DNA from: Candidatus Thorarchaeota archaeon SMTZ1-45
GTDB lineage: Archaea > Asgardarchaeota > Thorarchaeia > Thorarchaeales > Thorarchaeaceae
Length of the DNA: 64,000 nt
NCBI GenBank assembly: GCA_001563335.1
Contig: LRSL01000055.1
Span: 1 to 64,000 of the forward strand
Direction: 5' to 3'
Under the pieces are notes generated by a model, which was given only the letters and a program-made list of their open reading frames with translations, was not told where the DNA came from and did not search any database. Both the position numbers and the translations under genes were made by a program. Positions within the stretch are counted from its first letter, which is position 1, and the number at the start of each line of letters is the position of its first letter. Below are positions 49,114-58,094 of the stretch, in pieces.

Positions 49114-49298
49114 CAGTATTTGCCTCCAAAATAATTCGAGTGACCTTTGCGTGAGGAGTTTTAAGTGATTCTACGAAGAATGCTTCTTCGTGTACAAGAT
49201 AGTAATCTATAATGAACACTACAGACCAACACACAAGATATTTACATGCCTAATACCTGAAAGCAGATAGACAATTCAGGCCTCTTGGGAGGAATTTC

Positions 49299-49664
49299 AT
49301 GATGGATAAAGCTAAGATTGAAAAAGTTGTATCAGAAACGATGGCTGCCAATGCAGATTTGGAAGGTATAGTCATATGTGATGCTAAAGGAAGTGTGCTC
49401 TTTGGTCACACAATTAGTGGAGGGACAAAGCATTCAGACATAGCAAACCTTGCGGTGAAGATAGCAGCTAACTCGTCCCAGCTCTCAGCTGGTCTAGACA
49501 AGGGGGGCCTGAAGGAAGTCAATATTGCATCAGATACCGGTTTCATTCTTATCCTCGGCGATGTTAAATTGGTACTAACGGGAGTCGCAGGAGAAGGAGC
49601 GAGAGAGTCACTAGGGCTTCTCAGAATGGCTCTGCGAAGAGCGCTTTTGCAAATGGTTACATAG
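49299..49664 (+). CDS. Roadblock/LC7-like protein
   Basis: LEGIVICDAKG.VL..L..GL.KG.L.EV.I..D.GFILI..LGLLRM. Confidence 0.8.
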   Translation: MMDKAKIEKVVSETMAANADLEGIVICDAKGSVLFGHTISGGTKHSDIANLAVKIAANSSQLSAGLDKGGLKEVNIASDTGFILILGDVKLVLTGVAGEGARESLGLLRMALRRALLQMVT

Positions 49665-49676
49665 AACCAGCCCAAA

Positions 49677-49700
49677 AAAAGTCAACAGAGTTAGACTTTT
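49677..49700 (+). terminator. Hairpin/terminator after roadblock gene
   Basis: AAAAGTC-AAC-AGA-GTT-A-GACTTTT. Confidence 0.4.
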
Positions 49701-49863
49701 CAACACATTAGAGAATGCCCTCCAAGCCTGAATACGTTATCCAGATATAGCTGGAGTATTACTAAGGTCATACCAACCGTATTTAGGCCTCTGTAAAATC
49801 AGAATAACACAATTGGTCACGCTAAGGTTGTTCTGACTGAAACTTGCCGGAAGGGAATGGGAC

Positions 49864-52800
49864 TTGGTTCATATTGAGAAGCTTGTATGCAAGGGCTTCA
49901 AATCATTTGGACGAGAGACAGTCACCATTAAGCTAAACCCAGGTTTCACGTGCATAGTTGGACCAAATGGATCTGGCAAGTCCAATGTTGTTGATGCCAT
50001 TCTCTTTGTGTTGGGACAACTAAGTGCTAAGACTCTTCGTGCTAATGTGTTTTCGGACTTGCTATATTCTCCGCCGAAACCAAATATGCCTCCAAAAGCT
50101 AAGTCTGCTCATGTAGAGTTGCACTTCGATAATAAGGATAGAAAATTACAGATTGATGCGGATCGTGTTGTGATTGAAAGAGAATTAGATGATTCTGGAA
50201 AATCAGTATGCCGCATCAATGGAAAAGTAGTTACTCGTACTGCAGTGTTGGATGTATTAGGCGCCATTGGAGTGGACCCCAATGGGTACAACCTTGTCCT
50301 CCAAGGGGAGATTGCTCAGATGGTCAAGGTTAGTCCAATAGAGCGAAGGAAATTGATAGAGGATATCGCAGGAATATCAGCTTATGATGAACAGAAGGAA
50401 CGCGCTCTCAAAAAGCTGGCTGAAAGTGAGAGCAACTTGGGTAAAGTTGACATGCAGCTTCAGGAAAGGCGCCGACAGCTTGAGAAATTAGAAGAAGATA
50501 TGTCTGATGCGCGTAGGTATCAGAGTCTCCATAATCAGACACGAACACACAGAGTTGACATTCTCGCATGGAGTACCATAAAGGGTAATTCTAGGATTGA
50601 AACCATCAACGAAACGCTGGCGCAACGCGCTGAAGAGGCCGAGAGTCTTGTCAAGGAATTTGTAGAAGTGGAAACAGGTATACAGAGCACGGAAACTGAG
50701 ATTGAGAAGATAGATCATGAGATTGATCAGATCACTGGAGGAGATTCAACTAGGGTATCAGAACAGTATGGTATAGTTTCTGCTGCTGTTTCTCATGTAA
50801 GAGGTGACCTGGAGAGAGCTCAAGCAGAGTTTGACAAGGTAGCTGGAGAGATGTTGGCGCTCAGTGAGGAACTTGAAACTGTACAAGATGAGATTAGTCA
50901 CAATGAACAGGTTTTGGCGGACAAGAACAACGAACTGACTGGTCTTGAAAAAGAGATAGCAGGTACAGCTGCAGAGATCATCCGATTAGAGGACATGTCA
51001 GAAAGGGCACAGATTGAATATTATGAAACTACACTACGGCTTCAGGATTTGAACAATCAAATGAGACACCTAGATGAGGGTGTTTCTGAAGTTCGATCAA
51101 CGATAAAGTCAGACAACAGGGAGTTAGGACTTGCATATGAGGAACTAAGAGATGCAAAGGAGAGTCTGGAGAAGACTGAAGCAGAGATTTTACAATTGAA
51201 GGAAACCGTTCCTGAGAAGAGAACTGAGCTCGAAAAGTCCGAACAGCTCGAGCGAACTCGACAGGCTGAAATCGATGATTTGACTGAACGGCTTACAACT
51301 GTAGATGCAGAAGTTGCAGAGAGCACAAAAATAGTAGCTCAGACAAGAGAGGAGCTCATCAAGGTAAAGGCACGTCAAGACGCTTTGAAAGAGGCAGAGG
51401 ACGCGTTTCTTAAGAGACGTCGTGCAATCGCCACAGTTCTGGAGCTTAGAGATGCAGGTGCAATTGGTGGAATATATGGCACAGTAGCAGAGCTTGGAAC
51501 AATTGACCCAGACTATGCGGTAGCATTGGAAATAGCTGGGGGCAATAGACTCTCACATATTGTTGTTGAGAATGAGCGTGTTGCAACGGAATGTGTCAAC
51601 GTGTTGAAGAATGAGCGAGTTGGTAGAGCCGCGTTCATTCCACTTGACAAGATTAAGACTAGTGCTCCTGGAAAACTCCCCAAAGATGATGGAGTTATCG
51701 ACTTCGCATTGAACTTGGTGAAGTTTGATCCTAAAATGCACCCAGCATTTGAGTTTGTATTTTCTGATACAATTGTGACTGAGGATTTTGAAACAGCAAA
51801 ACGGCAAGGGTTCCAAGGACAGAGAGCAGTATCTCTTGAGGGAGATCTTGTAGAGCGTTCTGGATTGATTACAGGGGGATATTTCCAACAGGCCACAGCT
51901 GGGCTGTCGCTCCAGGTGGAGGACACTAGCCCTGAGATTGAGGATCGTCTTAAGGGATTGGAAGAGATTCTGACCGAGCTTCGTAGCAAGCAGGATGTTC
52001 TTCGGAAAGAGCTAAAGAGCTATGAAAAGGAAGTTCAAGGTCTTTCAAAGACAAATTACAAACTCCGTATGGAACTGGAGCGATTAGAAGAACGATTTGA
52101 AGAGCAAAAATCTAGATCTACGATATTACAGGAGCGAATAGACAAGGCGAGCCTCACAATCAATGAACTTGAATCTCAGATAAAAGACCTTCAAGAGCGC
52201 GATGATGAACTTAGTGTACAGCGAGAGAGAGTTCGTACTCAACGTGATGAAGCTAATGAAGCATTGGTCACCTCGGATGCCAACAAGCTCAATCAGGAAA
52301 TCAAGGATTTGAAGGAAGTACTGGAACAATATCAGAAACAAAGAGAGAAGCTTCAGAGTGAAATCACCTCTGTAAGAGTTGCGATTGATGAACGGCTTGG
52401 ACCTAAAGCCATTGAGCTTGAATCCAAGATTCAAGCTCACGATGCAATTATTCCAGGCCTTGAGGAGGAAGTGAAACGACTACAAATGGGACTCTCAGAG
52501 AGAGAAAGAGAGTTTGAGAAGCTCAAGGAAGAGCGGGAACGCATTGATGAGGCTGTAAAGGATAAGCGAGTTCGCCAGCTTGAATTAAAAGAAGACCTAC
52601 GAAATCTAAGGCTGCGGCATGAAGAGATTCGTGAAGCACAGACATCCAATGAAAAGGCAGTATATCGGCTTCAGACCGAACAAGGCAGACTAGAGGCGGA
52701 TGTCGTTGGATTTGTAGCTGAACTGAACACAGTTGGAAGCGCCCAAGAGGCTCTTGAGGAGAGAGCAGAAGAACGGGAACTCACCTACAAAGAGATAGAG

Positions 52801-53454
52801 GAACTTGAGGAGAAAATCAAAGAGATTGAGAGAGAACTCGAAGCCATGGGACCTGTCAACCTGAAGTCTCTGACAGACTATGACTTGGAGAAAGAACGGT
52901 ACGAAGAAATTGTTGACAAAAAGACTAGGTTGGAAAATGAACGAAAAGAGATACTTGTGTTCATGGAGGAACTTGAGGCTGAAAAAACACAGAAGTTCCT
53001 CACCGTCTACAACGAGATTGCTGACAACTTTTCAAAAGTTTTTGCAAAGCTTTCTCCTGATGGTGAAGCCAACCTCATGCTTGAGAATCCCGAACATCCT
53101 TTGATGGGAGGAATAACAGTCAGATCAAAACCACGCGGAAAAGAGCTGGTCACTCTTGATGCGATGAGTGGCGGAGAGAAGACGCTTACTGGATTGGCAC
53201 TCATTTTTGCCATTCAGATGTATAGTCCTGCAAGCTTCTACATATTTGATGAGATAGATGCTGCGCTTGACAATGTTAACGCTCATAATGTGGCACTACT
53301 CATCTCAGAGATGTCGAAAAACTCACAGTTTGTTGTTGTGTCCTTGAGAGACACCACAGTTCGAAAAGCTGATTTATTGGTTGGAGTATCAAATCAAGAT
53401 GGAATCTCAAGGATTGTTTCAGTCGATTTGGAGGAGGTTGCTACATCAGCATGA
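49864..53454 (+). CDS. smc: Chromosome segregation protein SMC
   Basis: GFKSF, GPNGSGKSN, coiled coils, hinge (G.YG.V.EL; GDL..SG.ITGG), MSGGE, DEIDAALD. Confidence 0.97.
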   Translation: MVHIEKLVCKGFKSFGRETVTIKLNPGFTCIVGPNGSGKSNVVDAILFVLGQLSAKTLRANVFSDLLYSPPKPNMPPKAKSAHVELHFDNKDRKLQIDADRVVIERELDDSGKSVCRINGKVVTRTAVLDVLGAIGVDPNGYNLVLQGEIAQMVKVSPIERRKLIEDIAGISAYDEQKERALKKLAESESNLGKVDMQLQERRRQLEKLEEDMSDARRYQSLHNQTRTHRVDILAWSTIKGNSRIETINETLAQRAEEAESLVKEFVEVETGIQSTETEIEKIDHEIDQITGGDSTRVSEQYGIVSAAVSHVRGDLERAQAEFDKVAGEMLALSEELETVQDEISHNEQVLADKNNELTGLEKEIAGTAAEIIRLEDMSERAQIEYYETTLRLQDLNNQMRHLDEGVSEVRSTIKSDNRELGLAYEELRDAKESLEKTEAEILQLKETVPEKRTELEKSEQLERTRQAEIDDLTERLTTVDAEVAESTKIVAQTREELIKVKARQDALKEAEDAFLKRRRAIATVLELRDAGAIGGIYGTVAELGTIDPDYAVALEIAGGNRLSHIVVENERVATECVNVLKNERVGRAAFIPLDKIKTSAPGKLPKDDGVIDFALNLVKFDPKMHPAFEFVFSDTIVTEDFETAKRQGFQGQRAVSLEGDLVERSGLITGGYFQQATAGLSLQVEDTSPEIEDRLKGLEEILTELRSKQDVLRKELKSYEKEVQGLSKTNYKLRMELERLEERFEEQKSRSTILQERIDKASLTINELESQIKDLQERDDELSVQRERVRTQRDEANEALVTSDANKLNQEIKDLKEVLEQYQKQREKLQSEITSVRVAIDERLGPKAIELESKIQAHDAIIPGLEEEVKRLQMGLSEREREFEKLKEERERIDEAVKDKRVRQLELKEDLRNLRLRHEEIREAQTSNEKAVYRLQTEQGRLEADVVGFVAELNTVGSAQEALEERAEERELTYKEIEELEEKIKEIERELEAMGPVNLKSLTDYDLEKERYEEIVDKKTRLENERKEILVFMEELEAEKTQKFLTVYNEIADNFSKVFAKLSPDGEANLMLENPEHPLMGGITVRSKPRGKELVTLDAMSGGEKTLTGLALIFAIQMYSPASFYIFDEIDAALDNVNAHNVALLISEMSKNSQFVVVSLRDTTVRKADLLVGVSNQDGISRIVSVDLEEVATSA

Positions 53455-54170
53455 TGAATGAAGATTCTCCCTTCTGGGCAACTCCACCCTACATTCTTCT
53501 CACAGATGTGCTCCAACTAGATAAAGTTGAACCTTGGAATGTAGATGTCGGTAAGCTTGTGGTTGGTTTCCTTGATGAGATGAAGCGACTGGGAGATATT
53601 GATTTTCGTATCTCAGGAAATGCACTATACTCAGCATCTGTGATTTTCATGAGAAAAACCAGAGAGTTAGTTGAACTTGGGCTCCTACCACCAGAGGAAG
53701 ATGATGATGAGGATTTCGTGATTCCGCTCATTCGTCCCCCCTTCAGACTGACAAATCGGCGTGTGACGCTTGAAGAGTTACTTGTTGCTATGGATCAGGT
53801 TCTCAGCAAGGGTGTCAGACAACGAGCTATTACTACCAAACGAAGATACAGCTCAAGAGCGGATCCATTGACATTTGAGATGAACAAAGACCAAGCCAAC
53901 ATTGAGGAGACAATAGCTGATGTCTATGGAGATCTCTGCAGGATAATGAAAGTTGGAGAGGTGTCAAGGTTTACTGATGTACTTATGAATAACACAAGAC
54001 AAGAGATTGTGAGAGTCTTCTTTTCACTCCTGTTCCTTTTTGCAAGAGCTTACATTGACATTTGGATGGATGAAAATAGCATCATCTGGGTAAAACTAGA
54101 GGGACCTCCTAAGGCGACTAAAAAGGACAAGTCTAGTGATGAGGGGATAAAACCAGAGATTAAGACCTAG
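53451..54170 (+). CDS. scpA: Segregation/condensation protein A (kleisin)
   Basis: PW.VDV, FRISGNAL, VTLEEL, V.VF.SLLFL; overlaps the smc stop. Confidence 0.88.
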   Translation: MMNEDSPFWATPPYILLTDVLQLDKVEPWNVDVGKLVVGFLDEMKRLGDIDFRISGNALYSASVIFMRKTRELVELGLLPPEEDDDEDFVIPLIRPPFRLTNRRVTLEELLVAMDQVLSKGVRQRAITTKRRYSSRADPLTFEMNKDQANIEETIADVYGDLCRIMKVGEVSRFTDVLMNNTRQEIVRVFFSLLFLFARAYIDIWMDENSIIWVKLEGPPKATKKDKSSDEGIKPEIKT

Positions 54171-54171
54171 G

Positions 54172-54726
54172 GTGTTGTCAATGGATGATGATATGATCAC
54201 ACTAGAAGCAGCCCTTTATGTTTCGGGTCGAGCTCTGACTTTAGAGGAACTGGCAGACATCATTGGTAAGTCTCAATCTACTGTGCAGAAGATACTTGAT
54301 GAATTAAGCTTCGAATATAGCAAGAGAGAGAGTGCTTTAGAGGTAGTTGCTCTACCAAAGGACCGGTATGTGATGCAGTTGAAACCAGAACTCACTCCCC
54401 GCGTTGGTAAACTAATACCAGGAGGACTCCTCTCATTCGCAACTCTTCAGACTCTGGTTTTTGTTGCTCTCAAACAGCCCATACTTCAATCAGAGCTTGT
54501 ATCTCTACGAGGAACACATTCCTATGATCATATCAAAGACCTTGTTGACAAGAAGTTCATTGATGCTGTACCTGAGGGTCGCTCAAAGTTATTAACAACA
54601 ACCCAACTCTTTGCTGATTATTTCGGTCTGGATAGTGATAGAGTCAAACTCAAAGCACAACTCAAGTTCAAAATGAAGAAAATACTTGAAGACCAGAGTG
54701 AAATTAAAGAACCATCTACACATTAG
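54172..54726 (+). CDS. scpB: Segregation/condensation protein B (kite)
   Basis: LEAALYVSG, TL..VA.KQPI..L..RG, TT..F.DYFGL. Confidence 0.92.
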   Translation: MLSMDDDMITLEAALYVSGRALTLEELADIIGKSQSTVQKILDELSFEYSKRESALEVVALPKDRYVMQLKPELTPRVGKLIPGGLLSFATLQTLVFVALKQPILQSELVSLRGTHSYDHIKDLVDKKFIDAVPEGRSKLLTTTQLFADYFGLDSDRVKLKAQLKFKMKKILEDQSEIKEPSTH

Positions 54727-54733
54727 ACCGGTT

Positions 54734-55747
54734 CTAACACACCCTTGGTATAGGCTCTCCATAAGGCACCTGGAGTATTTTACGACCTCCGATTTTAGTT
54801 CTCATGACGACTCTGGCTTTACCATCAAGAACCTTTCCAACTACACGAGCATCATTGGTGGTCTTGTGTTTTGAAAGAGCACTTAGAATGTCATCAGTAT
54901 TGGTTGAGTCCACAATCATGACTGCTGTGCCTTCACAGGCCATATGAAGTGGATCAAGACCAAGTACATTACATAAGGATTGTACTGCTGGACGAATAGG
55001 AATTAGGTCTTCTTGTAGCTCAAATTCAACCTTTGATTTTGATGCAATCTCGTTCAGTGCGACTGATGTGCCGCCCCTGGTTGGGTCCTTCATGGCATGC
55101 ACTCCGCCTATATCAAGACATGAATGAATAGGGTCCCAGAGAGGTGCTACATCACTGACCAAATTAGTATCAAACTTCAGTCCTTCTCGATGCGCTAGTA
55201 ATGATGTTCCATGATCACCAACTGGTCCTGTCAGGATTATGTCATCACCTGGTCTGGCACCACTGTCTTTGATGGGATGGTCTAGGTATGGAATCCCTAT
55301 GCCTGTTGTTGACATAACAATCCCATCAAGAGTGCCAGGGGGCATCACCTTTGTATCACCAGCTATCATAGCCACGTCAAGTGGTTCGATGATGCTATTG
55401 AGAGACCGAAGCATGGTTTCAAGGAGCGCGATTTCAACTCCTTCTTCTACAATCACTGTGTTTGTCATTGCAACTGGTCGAGCGCCCATAACAGCCAAGT
55501 CATTAATGGTGCCACATGCTGTCAGAGTTCCCAAATTACCACCTGGGAATACTATTGGATGTACAGTATGAGCGTCAGTGCAGACAATTAAGTTAGCACC
55601 TGCAGCTTGAAATGTGGCTCCATCGTCCATCTCATCCAGACCTATATCCCCAATCTTTCTTCGACCAAAGGAGGGGATTATGACACCTTCCAATAGACGA
55701 TGCATTACCTTTCCACCAGCCCCATGTGCTGTTTCAATCTTAGACAT
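54734..55747 (-). CDS. hypE: Hydrogenase maturation protein HypE
   Basis: AHGAGGK, FPGG..G..GT.NDLA, GDTKV, DPTRGG, C-terminal PRVC. Confidence 0.96.
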   Translation of the reverse strand: MSKIETAHGAGGKVMHRLLEGVIIPSFGRRKIGDIGLDEMDDGATFQAAGANLIVCTDAHTVHPIVFPGGNLGTLTACGTINDLAVMGARPVAMTNTVIVEEGVEIALLETMLRSLNSIIEPLDVAMIAGDTKVMPPGTLDGIVMSTTGIGIPYLDHPIKDSGARPGDDIILTGPVGDHGTSLLAHREGLKFDTNLVSDVAPLWDPIHSCLDIGGVHAMKDPTRGGTSVALNEIASKSKVEFELQEDLIPIRPAVQSLCNVLGLDPLHMACEGTAVMIVDSTNTDDILSALSKHKTTNDARVVGKVLDGKARVVMRTKIGGRKILQVPYGEPIPRVC

Positions 55748-55896
55748 TATCGATTCTCCAGCTAAGTGGTATCCTGAAGCAACCCCTGAAAGTATTTGAA
55801 GAGGTCGCTTTGGTCATGAGAAGAAGTTGGCCACTAAGCAAGATTTAAAACGAATCTACAAGGAGCCTCATTGACCTAACTAAGAGGTAGTCAGAA

Positions 55897-56274
55897 ATGG
55901 GTGTCTGGCATAGAAGATCATCACGAACATCCACCGGAGCTCGATTAAGACGTTTCAGAGGCAAGAGAAAGCACCAGATGGGGCGAACTCCAACTGAAAC
56001 TCTAATGGGTGAAGCCAAAAGAATATCAATCGATAGTAGGAGTAAAGCAAAGAAGACCCCAGCCCTCCGTCTGACCCAGGTTAACGTTACCGACCCATCA
56101 AAAAATGTCACATACCGTGCTGAGTTACAGGATGTCGAGAAGAACCCAGCTAATATGGACTATCAGCGAAGGAAAGTCATCACACGCGGTACTATCATCA
56201 AAACCTCGAAGGGGCGTGCAAGGGTAACAAGCAGGCCAGGGCAAGATGGCATTCTGAATGCGGTACTAATCTGA
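55897..56274 (+). CDS. rps8e: 30S ribosomal protein S8e
   Basis: R.KRK...GR.P..T, NPAN..Y.RR.VIT.GTII, SRPGQDG..NAVL. Confidence 0.97.
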   Translation: MGVWHRRSSRTSTGARLRRFRGKRKHQMGRTPTETLMGEAKRISIDSRSKAKKTPALRLTQVNVTDPSKNVTYRAELQDVEKNPANMDYQRRKVITRGTIIKTSKGRARVTSRPGQDGILNAVLI

Positions 56275-56301
56275 GAAACTGGCTCTTGCTCACAGTTCTC
56301 T

Positions 56302-56697
56302 CTAAGATGATGGAGATTCAACAATCTCCGCTTCTATACTTGTTATCACGAAATCCTTTCCACCTGTGATTTTAGTAGAACTACTTCTGCATCTTGGACA
56401 CTTCATAGGTGCAAAAACAGCTATCTGATCGGGAATATCAGGGTCTATCTTTGACTCGCCTTCAAATCCACAGTCACTACAGAGGAGTCGACCTCTGACT
56501 GTCTTGATCCTTAACTCTGCACCCTCCAGGATTGAATTTCTACTGGCAATCTCGAAATTGAAAATTAGTTGTTCAGGTACAAGAAATGTGAATTCTCCAA
56601 CTTCTACATTTACAACTGACACTTTTGATGCCCTATTGCTCTTTGCTGCTTGGAGTGCAGTGTCCACAATAGAACAGGCTGCGGAGAATTCGTGCAA
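56302..56697 (-). CDS. hypA: Hydrogenase maturation nickel chaperone HypA
   Basis: MHE start, CSDC..CPRC.S..I.GG. Confidence 0.94.
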   Translation of the reverse strand: MHEFSAACSIVDTALQAAKSNRASKVSVVNVEVGEFTFLVPEQLIFNFEIASRNSILEGAELRIKTVRGRLLCSDCGFEGESKIDPDIPDQIAVFAPMKCPRCRSSSTKITGGKDFVITSIEAEIVESPSS

Positions 56698-56826
56698 CTA
56701 GTCACACCAATTGGAGCTTGTTTGAAGTCCTGTTAAGTCATTTCCGATATAGTCAAAGGTCAGACTCTTTATATGAATCAGTGTCCACGGAAGGATTGTT
56801 CTGTTATGATTTAAGAGGGAGACGCT

Positions 56827-57432
56827 TTGTCAAAGACACCTAAAGAGTCAAGGAAGAAATCTGCGTCTAAGAAAGAAACAACGAGTAGTAAAAAGACCTC
56901 ATCCAAGCAGACAAAAAAGAAGGTATCTGAACCCAAGACAAAAGCTAGTGAGAAGAAGACTACTAAGACAAAGAAGACACCCGTCAAGAAGACAAGTCAA
57001 AAGAAATCAACACCTAAGATGACTGTAAAGAAAAAACCTGCGAGAAAAACTCTCAGCAAAAGTGAGAGAGAGATGCTTAGCGAACTGGAAACCGAGATAC
57101 ATAGTGATGACGAGCAGGTGTGTCTGGGAGCTGTCGAGCGTCTTGGCGCTTTGAAACATCCTGATGCAACACGTGTTTTGATTGTCGCATTGGCTGATCA
57201 AAGATACATGGTCAGGATTCATGCAGCAGCTCAGCTTGGTGAACGGAGGGACAAGGAGTCAGTGGATGCATTGGTAAAATCATTAAATGATGATTCAATT
57301 TTCGTTAGGCAGACTGTGGCTGGGGCTCTTGAGAACATAGGTGGTGCCAAAGCAAAGAAGGCTATCTCTAAGGCTGAGAAAGATGGTTTACTACTGGATG
57401 AATTGCCAGAGGGAAAAAGACTAGGTGAATAG
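56827..57432 (+). CDS. HEAT-repeat (PBS lyase-like) protein with Lys/Ser/Thr-rich N-terminal tail
   Basis: About 75 aa low-complexity basic tail, then three L.D....VR..AA..LG repeats. Confidence 0.8.
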   Translation: MSKTPKESRKKSASKKETTSSKKTSSKQTKKKVSEPKTKASEKKTTKTKKTPVKKTSQKKSTPKMTVKKKPARKTLSKSEREMLSELETEIHSDDEQVCLGAVERLGALKHPDATRVLIVALADQRYMVRIHAAAQLGERRDKESVDALVKSLNDDSIFVRQTVAGALENIGGAKAKKAISKAEKDGLLLDELPEGKRLGE

Positions 57433-57542
57433 GAGTTAGATGCTTCTTTGTCATTGTCAGAGAAGTAATGTATTTGACTACATTCTGCTTATATTGAAAG
57501 ATGTCAGGAAGTTGTTACAAGACTAGACGGAGAATATCTATC

Positions 57543-58079
57543 TTGAATGAAGAGATTACGAAGATTGAGTCGCAAATCAAGGATCTCGATTTAGATTACA
57601 TGCGTGGATTGGTTTCAGAGGAAGAATACAACAGGAAAATGGCTAACTTGAAGCAGCAACTTGAACAAGTCGGTGGCTCAACACAGACTGTTTCATCAGT
57701 TCAAAGAATCGAGTCAAAGGAACTACAAGCCACTAAGCTTCATCCCCCGCCAGTTGAAAAAAGAGCCACCGTGGATCCCGTAACAGCAGTGAAAAGAGCA
57801 GTAGAGGGCATGAGAAGACTTGCGTTGGAGAGAATAGCGCAAGAAGCAGGTGTTTCAACTATGAATGCCACTCAGATCCTAAGCGACCTTCTTGATGGAA
57901 GGGAATTATCTGGAAGAATTGATCATGAGAGAGGCGACTTCATTCTTGGAACTGGGAGCGGACCTCCACCAAAGACTATTGCGGTGTGTCCATATTGTAA
58001 GAATGATTTGAAGCGAATTGCAGTAAAGGGAGAAACTGTGACCTGTACCATGTGCAAAGAGTCATTCATCATTTCATGA
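57543..58079 (+). CDS. Protein with SHOCT-like helix, PCI-like winged helix and C-terminal Zn ribbon
   Basis: G.VSEEEY.RK..L; LERIAQ..GVS..ILSDLL..G.LSGRID...G; CPYC..CTMC. Confidence 0.7.
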   Translation: MNEEITKIESQIKDLDLDYMRGLVSEEEYNRKMANLKQQLEQVGGSTQTVSSVQRIESKELQATKLHPPPVEKRATVDPVTAVKRAVEGMRRLALERIAQEAGVSTMNATQILSDLLDGRELSGRIDHERGDFILGTGSGPPPKTIAVCPYCKNDLKRIAVKGETVTCTMCKESFIIS

Positions 58080-58094
58080 AATCAGTCTGGGTGG

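Noticed and set aside
49864-54726. smc-scpA-scpB as a defence (Wadjet/MksBEFG) system
   Set aside because: Canonical full-length SMC with hinge and no JetD/MksG nuclease; ordinary condensin.
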